In this document: positions 1 through 21,431 of the stretch, one piece after another
How positions within the stretch are numbered: the stretch's first letter is position 1
Layout of the letters: each line of letters begins with the position of its first letter
DNA from: the human T2T-CHM13v2.0 reference genome, Homo sapiens
Assembly: GCF_009914755.1 (NCBI RefSeq)
Contig: NC_060936.1
Reading direction: 5' to 3' (one strand)
Length of the DNA: 64,000 bases
Translations under genes and position numbers: made by a program
Notes under the pieces: model-generated
What the model was told of the DNA's origin: nothing
The model's database searches: none
The model's input: only the letters and a program-made list of their open reading frames with translations

Positions 1-694
1 AGGTGATGGCTCTCTTGATCTTGGCATGCCGGTCCATTTGTCTCTGCCGCAGGCTCCAGATAATTCTGGCTGAGCAGAACAGGATGATGCCCAGGGGCAG
101 GAAGAACTCCAGGAGGAACATGGCTTCGTGCCACTGGAAGGTATGGCAGATGCTGAAGCTGCTGCACAAATTTGCACCGCCATTCTGGATCGGCATCTTC
201 TTCTTCAGGAGGTGGACTGTCAGGCCAATAGTGATGCCCCACAGAAGGCAAGAGATGATGGCTGCTGTCCGATTGGAGATCTTGTTCAGGGCGTGGTGGG
301 GATGGACCACCCGGAAATACCTGTCTACCGCCACCACCGTGAGGAAGATGATGCTGCCCTGGCGGTTCATAGCCAACATGAAGAGCATCAGCCGGCAAGG
401 GATGTCCCCAAACTTCCAGTCCCAACGCCTCACATAGTTGTCCATCAGGAAGGGCAGGCAGATGATCAGTAGAAAGTCAGCCACTGCCAGGTTGAACAGG
501 AAAATCCGGCTGGATTTCCAGGACTTGAGGTGGAAACAGAAAATCCACAGGGCAAGGCCATTGCCCAGAAGCCCGAAGATAAACTCCAGCCCCAACACCG
601 GCGGCAACACCTTGACAATGAAGTCATCTCGGAACACACAGCAGTTCTTCTTGTCTATTTCCAGAAAGTGATCCTGCAGATGGTGCCGATTCAT
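1..694 (-). CDS. HCAR2: Hydroxycarboxylic acid receptor 2 (GPR109A, niacin/beta-hydroxybutyrate receptor), codons 1-231; 3' part lies outside the window
   Basis: ATG at 694-692. Manual translation gives [30 protein letters not shown]..., with HCAR2-type residues V27, L83, N86, W91, M103, L107, S178 and a DRY motif. 96.5% nucleotide identity to 13428-14121. Absent from the ORF track because its stop codon is off-window. Confidence 0.97.
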   Translation of the reverse strand, partial: MNRHHLQDHFLEIDKKNCCVFRDDFIVKVLPPVLGLEFIFGLLGNGLALWIFCFHLKSWKSSRIFLFNLAVADFLLIICLPFLMDNYVRRWDWKFGDIPCRLMLFMLAMNRQGSIIFLTVVAVDRYFRVVHPHHALNKISNRTAAIISCLLWGITIGLTVHLLKKKMPIQNGGANLCSSFSICHTFQWHEAMFLLEFFLPLGIILFCSARIIWSLRQRQMDRHAKIKRAIT

Positions 695-759
695 GAGTGC
701 GGCTAGTGAGTCCGATGGAGCGCCTCGCCTAGTGAATGCTCCAGCAAGGAGGTGTGTGT

Positions 760-920
760 CTGTGTGGTGAACGTGTGGTTCCACGCCTGCCTTTATGTCA
801 TGTCAGGGTGTTGAAATAGATGACTGAATGGTTACCAGGAAACTACGAAATCTCTAAAAAAAAAAAAAAAAAAAAAAAAAGCCAGCAAGGCTCTTATGCA
901 ACCTGCTGTTTGCATAAACA
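760..920 (-). promoter_or_regulatory. HCAR2 proximal promoter: CATAAA TATA-like box (797-792), TGACA direct repeat, RUNX-like TGTGGTT, inverted pair of C/EBP-type sites (894-901, 910-917)
   Basis: Motifs read directly about 100-220 nt upstream of the ATG and retained in the HCAR3 copy. Function is inferred. Confidence 0.6.
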
Positions 921-1827
921 AGTAATAAGAATCCCCTGGGCATACAGGAACCCACAAAATGTCTTAAATGTAAAGGATAAGTTTAGGCAAGCCGACTGTC
1001 ATTCGAAAATCAGTGAAACATGAAGGACATCCCTTTGGAAGGCTGGGTGCTTGTATGCCAACTGAGTACTCAACGTTGCAGAATTAATTCACCGTCATCT
1101 GCTTGGCTGACATAATTAACAAAACAACAACAATAGCAATAACAATTTTTGGTGCCAAACAGTGAGGTTTTCCAGAAACACTAAGAATTAGCATGAAAAA
1201 TTAACAGGCATATGACATAAACAGTAGCAGGCATATGATTTCTTTTGGAAATGCTGAGAAGACAGTAGTTGCCTGTTTGATGAGGACAGACTGGTTGAAT
1301 TTGACCACTTTTCCTATGCTACCTTTCTGTACAAACATGGATTGCTTTTCCATATCAGAACTCTGCCATTCATCTCCAGTTAGGAAAAAAAAAATAGCCT
1401 GCTGGAGAGTGTAATATTTCATAAGACATTTGAAAACTTGAGCCCAGTTTCAGTGGCATGTTAACATAAGTTGGGTTTTTTGTTTGTTTATATTAGATTT
1501 TGATATGCTTCTGTGCTCAAGTGATTTATTTTTAAGTATGTGATTTCTTTTTTTTGCAAACTTTGAATTAATGAGAAAAAGGATTCATGAGGCTAGTCGT
1601 AAGCTGTAGCAAATCGGGTGTACTTTGTGCTACAAATTTGTTTTTCTGTGTCGCTCTGCATGAAGAGGGGTACCTTAGGATAGAGCATGGGGTTAGTACC
1701 CCATAAGCTGTCTGTTCTAGACAGCCCAGGAAACTGGTCAGTAAGAAAGTTGGTTGCAGGTCCCTGAAACAAACAAAAAACTGGATGAGGTCTCTAACTT
1801 GTTTTATGTCCTTGGGACCTTAGGATG

Positions 1828-3965
<2,138 letters not shown>

Positions 3966-5687
3966 ACAACAAACACAGGCGTGGTGGTTCATGCCTATAA
4001 TCCCAGCACTTTGGGAGACCAAGGCAGGAGGATTGCTTGAGCCCAGGAGTTCAAGACTAGTCTAGGCAATAAAGTGAGACTTTGTCTATGGAAAAAAAAA
4101 AAAAAGAAGAAGAAGCCTTTGTAGAATTGATCTTAAGCTCTGAGGGATCCAGGTGAATAGCTCCAAGAATCAGTCAGACATGGGTCACTAGCAGAGAGAG
4201 TTGGGTCAAAGGTTTTTGGACAAACATATTGGGATAGACAAGAATGAGTGAATTTCATTCTATTTTACTTTATTTTATTTGGTACTGCTCCTTGTGGATC
4301 AGGGCTAACTCATAGGCAATGCACCTATAGTCAGCCAGGAAGGAGCAAGTTTAAATACACTGTCCCATATATTATTAATCAGTTTCCTAGTCCTGGGACT
4401 AGATCAGTTCAGTTAAACAGCTGTTTCCCATATCAGGAGGTGGCATTGCACACGGGCTAGGCCTCTATACATGATGAAGACAAACAGATTTTTAATACGA
4501 GGCATTTCTATGGAAATATAAGAAAAACAAAAGTTAATGTTGGGCACAATTTATCCAGATGTGAAACTCAAAATACCTTTAGTTATAGAGCAGGAAGGCA
4601 GTGGTAATCTGACATGTTTTTGCCACCTATATTAAAAGAATAAGCTTCAGCTTACAGGGCCTCAGGAAAAAAGGTAGTAGCAATTTTATTGAGTCCAAGT
4701 CAGAAAAGTGGAAGAAAAATGTGAAAGCATTAGTTTGGAAAACATTAGTTTGGAGCATTAGTTAGGTAAGCTTCAGGACAGCCATAGTTAAAGGTGTAGT
4801 CAACAAGAAAAACTGGTTATCTCTGTGACACACAATTTTTAAAATCTGGTTTAATTTTTTTGAAACAGGGTCTCACTCTGTCACGCAGGCTGGAGTGCAG
4901 TGGTGTGATCACAGCTCACTGCAGCCACAAAGAATTCAGGATTTAGTCCAAATTGCAGAAAATAACAAAAACTCAAGAACAGTGGACAAGACTAGAATCT
5001 AACAATGGGTGTACTATAGCTTTTGAAACATAGTTTTTCTCTCTTTAGTCCCCATTTTTATTAAAAACAAATAGTAGTAGGACAAATGTAATTGCGAAAT
5101 AAGTCTTAGTCTTATTATACTTGGCCTGATTATTTGTATAACGTACAGCAAGAATAATTATTTGCCATATAGGCTCTTTAAAATTGGCTTTGCTGGTCAG
5201 GCATGGTGGCTTACACCTGTAATCCCAGCACTTTGGGAGGCCAAGGTGGGAGAAACACTTGAGCCCAGGAGTTCAAGACCAGCCTGGGCAACATAGCGAG
5301 ATCCCCGTCTCTACAAAAATTAGCCAGGTGTGGTGACGTGTGCCTGTAGTCTCAGCTACTTGGGAGGCTGAGGTGGGAGAATCGCCTGAGCCTGGATGAC
5401 AGAGCAAGGCCATGGCCCAAAAATAAATAAATAAATAAAAACAAAATTAGCTTTGCTGAAATTTCATTCCCTAAGGAATCTCACCTTATACTTTTTAAAG
5501 CCTTTAGCCCAGCCATGGATTTATCTATGCCTGCAAATACCTGTATGAGTTGGGAGAATTTTCCTCCTCTCAAGGTCCCAAGATAATTTGGGCTTCTGGG
5601 CCTGTCAGAAAGTGACATTCTTTACTTATGACAAGTCAGGAACCCTGTACAGAGACTGCATATACAAGGTATAAGCCCAGTTTTCTT

Positions 5688-6311
5688 TTTTTCTTTTTTT
5701 TTTTTTTATTGATCATTCTTGGGTGTTTCTCGCAGAGGGGGATTTGGCAGGGTCACAGGACAATAGTGGAGGGAAGGTCAGCAGATAAACAAGTGAACAA
5801 AGGTCTCTGGTTTTCCTAGGCAGAGGACCCTGCGGCCTTCCGCAGTGTTTGTGTCCCTGGGTACTTGAGATTAGGGAGTGGTGATGACTCTTAACGAGCG
5901 TGCTGCCTTCAAGCATCTGTTTAACAAAGCACATCTTGCACCGCCCTTAATCCATTCAACCCTGAGTGGACACAGCACATGTTTCAGAGAGCACAGGGTT
6001 GGGGGTAAGGTCACAGATCAACAGGATCCCAAGGCAGAAGAATTTTTCTTAGTACAGAACAAAATGAAAAGTCTCCCATGTCTACCTCTTTCTACACAGA
6101 CACGGCAATCATCCGATTTCTCAATCTTTTCCCCACCTTTCCCGCCTTTCTATTCCACAAAACCGCCATTGTCATCATGGCCCGTTCTCAATGAGCGGTT
6201 GGGTACACCTCCCAGACGGGGTGGTGGCCGGGCAGAGGGGCTCCTCACTTCCCAGGAGGGGCGGCCGGGCAGAGGCGCCCCTCACCTCCCGGACGGGGCG
6301 GCTGGCCAGGC
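5688..6311 (-). mobile_element. 5'-truncated SVA retrotransposon (poly-A, SINE-R, about 3 VNTR units)
   Basis: T-tract then TTTATTGATCATTCTTGGGTGTTTCTCGCAGAGG (SINE-R end) and GC-rich VNTR units (GGCCGGGCAGAGG...CCTCAC). Imperfect TSD: AAGCCCAGTTTTCTT (5673) versus AAGGCCAGTATTCTT (6312). Confidence 0.93.
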
Positions 6312-6357
6312 AAGGCCAGTATTCTTGAAGAGCTTTTTTTTTTTTTTTTTTTTTTGA

Positions 6358-6557
<200 letters not shown>

Positions 6558-7348
6558 TGAACTTCCCGACCTCAGGTGATCTGCCCACCTCGACCTCCCA
6601 AAGTGCTGGAATTACAGCCACTGTGCCCAGTTATAAATCCTTTTTTCAATTAATCAAACCCTTGCAGAGGAGACAAACAATGATGTTTACCATTCACAGA
6701 GAGAGAGAGTGAGAGAGAGACAGAGAGAGAGAGACCAGAAGCCTGGCTTGTCAGAAGTTCTTACTCTCTTTGCTGGCATACCAGATTTCTGGGTTCCCTT
6801 TCCCTGCAGCTTCCAGAACAATGGAAAATCACCACGAGTCAGGCCTGTTGCGCTTCCGCTAACAGTTCCTTCAGGGTTCAGCAAATGTGACAGACCAGAC
6901 AAACTAGGAGAGCCTGTTGGACTTCCATCAGCAATTCCTGTACATACACAAACACTCAAGTGAAAAAGACAAGCAGAAGGACTTGCAGACAGAGACTCCA
7001 GACCAAATCACAAACCAAGAATGTTCCTCCAAACAAGTCCCCTATTCTTGATCCAGTTAGAGCAGACACCCCCTTCAGAGAGGCCAGCAGGTCAGAAGGA
7101 TGAGGTTGTTGGAAGCACCTAGAATACTCACCAAATCAGACACCCATGATGGGGCTACAGGAGCGGGACATCTCCCCAGGACTGTTTATTGCATTTGAAT
7201 CCATGCACCATGAGTTGGCAACACCCTGCTGGTAGAGACGGTGCTACAGTTAGCCCCCAGTCCAAGAACTAAATTGCCACTTGGGCGGGCCTCCAGATCC
7301 ATCGCTGGTGGAGGGCTAACAAACGTCAGGCAGGTATCCACAAGGATG

Positions 7349-7366
7349 GTCCCGGATGACTCCCCA
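7349..7366 (-). other. Retroviral primer-binding site, tRNA-Pro-like
   Basis: Minus strand TGGGGAGTCATCCGGGAC, 4 nt after the LTR end; resembles the tRNA-Pro PBS TGGGGGCTCGTCCGGGAT. Confidence 0.75.
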
Positions 7367-7370
7367 GATT

Positions 7371-8388
<1,018 letters not shown>

Positions 8389-8762
8389 CCCTCACTTCAG
8401 GTAAGGCATTGTGGGGCAAATAAGAGAATGAACCTCGAAAGGGAAGGGAGCTCAAAGAATCAGAAATGAACATGATCTTGCTCCTCTGATTTTATGGATC
8501 TAGACTTAGGGATAATCTCTTGATGCTGGAAAGAGATTGTTGGGAAGAGCTGTGAGGAAGTTCTGGTCTACATAGCAGAGAGTGAACTCATGAATCTGGT
8601 GACCCCAAGAACTAAGCCCCCAAAATAAACAGCTGCAAGACAGGTTTAAAGGCAGTAATGCAAAATAGATGCATATATGATTATAACCACCTTTTCCAAT
8701 ATATAGACACATAGACAGATCTACATACATAAATTCTGTCTTCCTCTTCCTCTTTCTCCTTT

Positions 8763-9027
8763 CACACACACACCCACACACACACACACACACAGAGCAA
8801 ATGTAGAAGATACTTTCCAATGGCTCAGCCTGAGTATCAGAATGTCTTTCTGTCTCTTTCTTTCTTTCTTTCTTTCTTCCTTTCTTTCCTTCTTTCTTTC
8901 TTTCCTTTTCTTCCTTCCTTCCTTCTCTCTCTCTTTCTTTCTTTTCCTTCCCTTCCGTCCTTCTTTCTTTCTTTTTTCTTTTCCTTCCCTTCCTTCCTTC
9001 TTTCTTTCTTTTTTCTTTTTTTTTTTT
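8763..9027. repeat. (CA)n followed by a (TTTC/TTCC)n pyrimidine tract continuous with an Alu tail
   Basis: Read directly from the sequence. Confidence 0.9.
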
Positions 9028-9176
9028 GAGACAAGGTCTCACTCTGTCGCCCTGGCTGGAGTGCAGTGGCCTGATCATAGCTCACGGCAGCCTCAAACTC
9101 CTGGGCTCAAGTGATCCTCCCACCACAGCCTCCCAAGTAGCTAGGACTGCATGTGTGTGCCACCATGCCTGGCTAA

Positions 9177-9395
<219 letters not shown>

Positions 9396-9525
9396 TAGAA
9401 ACTTCTTCATTTAAATATAGTATGATCTTCATCTCAAGTCTTTCATTACTTTTGTCTGAAAGGGGATCACGACCTCACTATATGGCAGGCCCCACGCTCA
9501 TCGTGCTGGCCACATTGTTCCTCAC

Positions 9526-9976
9526 TATAGTCGGTTGAGTTCTGGTTCCCAACAGCTATGTTCACCCCAAACCTTAGAATACAACCTTATTTGGAATAAG
9601 GGTCTTTGTAGGTATAACTAAGGTAAAGATCTCAAGATGAGAGCATCCTGGATTAGGGTGGGTTATAAAGACAGGCATATTTATGGCCGGGCCTGCTGGA
9701 TCACACCTGTAATCCCAACACTTTGGGAGGCTGAGGCAGGTGGATCACCTGAGGTCAGGAGTTCAAGACCAGCCTAGCCAACATGGCAAAACCCTGTCTC
9801 TACTAAAAATAGAAAAATTAGACAGGTGTGGGGGTGCATGCCTATAATCCCAGCTACGTGAGAGGCTGAGACAGGAGAATCGGTTGAGCCCAGGAGGCAG
9901 AGTTGCAGTGAGCCGAGATGAAGCCACTGCATTCCAGCCTGGGTGACAGAGCGAGACTCTGTCTCAAATACAGACC

Positions 9977-10011
<35 letters not shown>

Positions 10012-10289
10012 GAAAAGAAAAGACAGGTGTCTGTAAGAAGAGGAGAGGACACAGAGGGGACCACCATGTGGTGACAGGGGCAGAGATTGGAGTGAAGCGT
10101 CTACAAGCCAAGGAAAGTCCAAGAGTGCCAGCAGTCTCCGAAAGCTCGGAGTGAGGCATGAAACATTTTCCCTTAGCCTCCAGATGGAACCAACCCTGCC
10201 AACACCTTGATTCTGCACTTCTAGCTTCTAGATCTGTGGGAGAATACATTTCTATTGTTCCAAGCCACCCAGCCACAGGAAATGAACAC
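9526..10289 (+). mobile_element. MLT1 (MaLR) solo LTR split by an Alu (about 9685-10020)
   Basis: MLT1-type motifs CCTTATTTGGAATAAGGGTCTTTG, CAGAGATTGGAGTGA...CAAGCCAAGGAA and CCTGCCAACACCTTGAT. Confidence 0.75.
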
Positions 10290-10639
10290 GCAGTCACCAA
10301 CCTAATTCTCACCTCAGGGCCTTTGCACTTACCATTCCCTCTGCTTGGCGTGTCTTTCCCCCAGACTTTTGCATTGCTTTTCTGTTTAGTCATTCATGGC
10401 TCAGCTCAGGGTCAATGCCTCATAGAAGCCATCCCAGTCACCCCAGCCCCGGTTACTTTTTATCCCCATTGTCCCACTCCACCATAGTCATGACACCCAT
10501 AGCCACCCCAAGGCTCCTTTTTATTCCTGCCTGCCTCCCCACTCCAAAAGTCAGCTCGATGAGAAGAGGACTGTGGCTGCCTTGTTCCTTGTTCTATCTC
10601 CACCACCCAGAACAGCGCCTGGCACACAGTTGGCGCTTA

Positions 10640-11032
<393 letters not shown>

Positions 11033-12154
11033 TCATCCCTTGAACGAATCCGCGTTTCACAACGAGGCTCCCCACTGACTCATGCCTCCGAGGCTGGGGA
11101 ATCCCTATTTTCCTCTGAGCTCATCCCTGACATCTCTTCCTCTTTAAGGTGATCCTTGCTTTTGGCTTTTTACCTGTACATTGCTTGGTGATACAGACAA
11201 GCCAACTGCTCTGAAAGCACAGAGGTAATTCCAGAGCATCCACCTTTCTTCATTTACTGTCATTCACCCAGAGCTGGGAGCCTGTCTCTAAATTCCTTAT
11301 CTGTGTTCATGTCAGGAGGTTGAAGCAAGCCTCGTCTTGCCAAATAATCAAGGACTGACAGAGTTAGAAATGAAAGCGTAACAGAAACTTGGACTGATCA
11401 CAGACTCAAACCAGTACATCTCCTTTCCTTCTCCGAATTGGGAACTGAAACCATTCCATAGGAAGCTCGCTCTTCCCCCTCCTATGGAAAAATATCTGCC
11501 TGGCTTGATTCCCTTTTTATATTATTTATTATTATTATTTGAGATGAAGTCTTGCTCTGTCCCCCAGGCTGGAGTGCAGGCACACCACCTCGGCTCACTG
11601 CAACCTCCGCCTCCCGGGTTCAAGCAATTCTTCTTCTCCCAGCCTTCCCAGTAGCTGGGACTACAAGCGGCCGCCACCATGCCTGGCTAATTTTTCTTGT
11701 ATTTTTAGTAGAAGTGGGGTTTCACCATTTTGTCCAGGCTGGTCTCAAACTCCTTACGTCAGGTGATCTGCCTGCCTTGGCTCCCCCAAAGTGCTGGGAT
11801 TACAGGCATGAACCATTGCACCTGGCCTTGATTCCCTTTTTAATGCACAAATATGAAGAGCAATATTCACCAAACTCTAATAAAATGTAAGTGCTCTTGC
11901 AATCCTATCTGTACTATCCTTCCAAATTATTTTTAATCCCAGCTCTTTCTATCTTTGTTTAGACACAGGTGTAATTTCTGCTTAGTTGTTTCATGATGTA
12001 GCTCAGTGTCTGTGTCTCTTTCTTACTTTGCAGTGTGGAGTAGTTTTCTACCAGGACAAAGTTAACAACCCATAAAGGTCTCTGCTTAAGTAAGAAGTCC
12101 ATTTCTGTGAACCATAACCCAGATATAGCAACGCCAGACTGTCTCCTATCAAAA

Positions 12155-12160
12155 TTTATT
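12155..12160 (-). terminator. Probable HCAR3 polyadenylation signal AATAAA
   Basis: TTTATT on the plus strand about 800 nt past the stop codon; implies an mRNA of about 2.1 kb. Confidence 0.75.
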
Positions 12161-13427
12161 GAAGTGGTAGATTTTTGGTAAGTACAGAAACACAAGCGAA
12201 GGAACCAGGAGGAACGTGCACCCCTCTAACTGTGGGGCAGAGGCACATTTCCCTTTTAATGGTAAAAGCAAACAGGTGGGAAACAGCTTTCTATCCTGAA
12301 GCCGTTTTAACTGCTCAACCCTTAGATTACTATAAACAAGAGAGGAATGGATTGCATTAGTCGCTGGTTGAAAGCAGCAATGCCATTTCCTTTCCCATAA
12401 TAACACTGTTTAGCTCAGTCCCTTCTGGGGCTAATCCCCTATTACACCCACCGGAAACACAGATACTAACCAAAGCATGTGAGTCTCTTCCCTGAGTCCA
12501 TTTCTGCTAAAGATTGTCTGAAAGATGAATTGGTCCACGGAAGCCAGGTGACCTACTGGCTTGTTTAATGATGCCTGGGCTCCCTCCAGGAGCAACACAA
12601 TTCCCTCCAATCTCAGCTCTCCTTATCCCTGCTAGAGCTCACAAGCAGGCTAGATATCACCCGAGGAGCTGAGCCCCCCCCAGTCTGAGGCAGATGTGGG
12701 AAGAAGGCCAACAAGTCACAAGTAGATCTCTGGCTCCAACTCTGCTCAGCAGAAACGCCTACAATTTGCCCATCTTCAGTCCTGCGAGCGTCAGAGATGA
12801 AGCAAGTTTCAGATGCCTAGAAGCTTTACTCTCTGTTCCTCCAGGATTCCTGCGGTCACACCTTGCAACCAGTCTCCCACTCATCTGCCACAGTTTCCCT
12901 AAATCAGATTCTCTGAATCTGGAAGTTCCAGGAAACCTTAGGCCGAGTCCAGTGACATTACTCGATGCAACAGCCCAACTGTTTCTCCAGAGATGCTGGT
13001 TCTTGGTGACAATGTCCCTTCTTGGAATGGTTATTTGAGGTTGGGCCCAGATAAGAGGGGCTCCATGGCTCACCGGAGTTGGCCATTAACGCCTCTGGAG
13101 CGCCTCTGGTTTTGTTGGGGTCCCCTGTGAGCTCGACGCTCGTGCTGCGGTTATTATCTGGCTCACCTGTCATCTTCCTCTGGAGGCAGCGGTTGATCAA
13201 AGTGGAGAAGAAGTTGGGAAAGGATGGGCTGGAGAAGTAGTACACCACGGGGTCCAGCATGCTGTTCATGTAGGTGAAGCTGAGAGTGATAAAGAACGCC
13301 AGGTCCACCGAGCGGTACACTTCACAATTCTGCGTGCCCGAAGTGTGCAGGAGCCAGAAGATGCGGATCCGCACAACCACGCTGGGAAGGAAGCAGATGA
13401 CAAAGACGATGGCCACCACCATGATGA

Positions 13428-17345
<3,918 letters not shown>

Positions 17346-17466
17346 GAGGCCAGGCGCCGTGGCTCACGCCTGTAATCCAAGCACTTTGGGAGGCTGAGGC
17401 GGGCGGATCACGAGGTCAGGAGATCGAGACCATCCTGGCTAACACGGTGAAACCCTGTCTCTACTA

Positions 17467-17724
<258 letters not shown>

Positions 17725-19229
17725 TTACTATGTTATTGCCTTGTCTGTAAGGTTGAAGATCTTGCTCAGGGCATGGTGGGGATGGAGGTCATGCTGTTCA
17801 GGCTTTAGTGAAATAATTGGTATTTGTTTCTTGTTCTTGCTGCCTGTGAATACCATGCTTCCTTCTTGGATGTATGTGGACACTTGTCAACAACATTCAT
17901 AAAGTAATCCTAAGGGCCTTTATTAACTAAGAGTCAGAGAAGTCAGCAGTATTTATTTCTAGAAGCTGAAATTTGCAAGGGACTCTCCCTTTCTAAGTTT
18001 CACAATTTCATAATATTTTGTGTGTGTGTTTTTTTTTAAACAATAGTCATGGATAAAATTAGAAAAAAACAACCACAGGCCAGGCCTGGTGACTCACCCT
18101 TGTAATCCCAGCACTTCGGGAGGCCGAGGCAGGCAGATCATGAGGTCAGGAGTTCAGGACCAGCCTGGCCAATATGGTGAAACCTAGTCTCTACTAAAAA
18201 TACAAAAATTAGCCGGGTGTGGTGGCAGGCACCTGTAGTCCCAGCTACTCAGGAGGCTGAGGCAGGTAGAATCGCTTGAACCCGGGAGGCGGAGGTTGCC
18301 GTGAGCCAAGATCACACCACTGCACTCCAGCCTGGGCAACAGAGTGAGAATCCATGTCAAAAAATAATAATAATATTAAAATAAAAATAAATAAAAGAAC
18401 AACCACACATGTTAAGTTTGCAAAAGAACCTGGAGCCTGGATGTATGTTCTGGCTCTCTCATTAACTAGCTGTGAAACCCCTTAACCCCTCACCCGCTCA
18501 TGAGGAATTAGATGATCTTCGAACTTCCTCCCAGCTCTCACACTACATGATTCTAAACCAAAGTCCGCGGCTACTCGGGCAGATTCTAAAGGGCAGCCTC
18601 GCTGGATTCTGGTGCCTCCGATGGAATTTCCGGTCTTCCCACTGCACAGTGAGCATGTTTTGTCTTGCTTGTTTCCTTCTTTCATGCATTTATTATTTTT
18701 TTCTTACAAGTGTATGAGTTGTACAGAAACTTGTTTAATGAATCATTTCAAGAGTGAAGGCAGTGATCCCTCCGCATTTCGTAGAAACTCCACTTAAAAT
18801 TTATCACTCACCCAGTTGAATCTCCATGCCTGGTTATCTTATGACAACTTGAATGTGTACCACTAAACTGGATTGAATTATTGTAAAAATTAATAGTGAC
18901 ACGACTGCATTGTACTGAGAGATTTGCATATGTGATCTCCTTTAATCTTCACAAAAACCCTGTGACAGATGTATTATTATTGTCATTATCATCTCCATTT
19001 TACAGATTGAGAAACCGAGGCATCAGGAGGTTAAGTAACTATTTCGTGTCTTTGAACTAACCTGGGATTTTTGGTTTTATTTATTATTTAAATAGAGATA
19101 GGGTCTCACTGCATTGCCCAGGCTGGTCTCGAACCGTAGGCCCAGGTGATCTTCCAGCCTCGGCCTCCCAAAGCGCTGGCATTACAGGTGTGAGCCACCA
19201 TGCCAGGCCATCGGATTTCTGTTTTAATT

Positions 19230-19690
19230 ATCTATTGCTGCATTAAAAATTGCCACAAAACATAGCGGCTTAACACAACCTCCATTGTGTCATCTCTCAT
19301 GGTTCTCTGTGTTGGCTGGCCTCAGCTGGGTGCTTCTCATTTGGGGATTCTCAGATGGCAGCCGGGCTAGAGTCATACGGATGCTTAAGAAGGACACTGG
19401 GACACTCAGGCTTCTCTCTGTCTCCACAGAACCTTGATGCCTCTCTACATGGCGTCCCTGTGGCCTCTCTGTGTGGCCCCTCTATGTGGCATCTACACAC
19501 AGCCTCTTCACATCTTCTTTCCACGACATAGTCTGGACTTTGTACATGGACATACTTAGGGCTTCTGAAGGCACACAGGCAGACCTTCTCCATCCCTGGG
19601 CTTGGAAACCCCAGAACATCACCTCCACCACATTCAATCAGGCAAAACAAATCACAGAGCCAGTCCATATTCCACTGGGAGGTGCCACCT
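19230..19690 (-). mobile_element. Old MLT1-like LTR
   Basis: TATTGCTGCATTAAAAATTGCCACAAAACATAGCGGCTTAACACAAC and related MaLR-like motifs; subfamily uncertain. Confidence 0.5.
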
Positions 19691-19974
19691 AAGGGTGGGA
19701 GTGCCAGGAGGTACAGCACATTGGGGCTATTCAGACTCACCACTACAGAATATAGATGACACTGAGTCAGGACCCTTGGCTAGCAGGAAATAAGGGGCCC
19801 CTGGGCCCCCAACGAAGGAGATGTAGTTGTAGAAGCTGGGAAGTAAGGGGGTAGAGAGGAAGCTGATCATACTGACTAGCAGAGACACATAGATACACAC
19901 ACACATTTCTTTTGAAAAAGGAGAAGAGCACTTCATGGTTTTGAAAAGTTTGGGTTTATTGTAAAAAACCTAAG

Positions 19975-20660
<686 letters not shown>

Positions 20661-21008
20661 CTATTCATGAATCTTCTGTCACGCTAAGGGTTAGAACAGA
20701 CAACAGACCCTTCCCTCCTCGGCTGACCTCATGGCTTCACGTCTTACCGAGTGGTCGCAGCCCCAGCCTGGACTTTTCGTTCCTGCCCTATTGGTCTTCC
20801 TGCATTTCCCAAACACTTGGCTCTTTTTCACCTTTCTACATCTGCCTGGAATACCCTTCCCCACTGTGTCCCTGGTGGCTTCCTGTCCATCCTTCAGAGC
20901 CGAGTTTGCAAGCTACTTCCTCTGAGACGACTAAGACAGGAGTAAGGGCCCTGGATTCTCCTGCAGGACCCTGTGTGAAAGTGCCAAACACAGGGTCCCA
21001 CAGGATAA

Positions 21009-21137
<129 letters not shown>

Positions 21138-21140
21138 TGA

Positions 21141-21431
<291 letters not shown>

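Noticed and set aside
4727-4765. Three short CATTAGTT(TGGA) repeats, and similar micro-duplications near 25795 and 30115
   Set aside because: Local slippage duplications, with no repeat-spacer structure or evidence of function.
5878-6357. 159-aa ORF
   Set aside because: Antisense translation of SVA SINE-R/VNTR sequence.
8506-9114. K/E/R-rich and F/L/S-rich ORFs
   Set aside because: Translations of a (TTTC)n microsatellite and an Alu tail.
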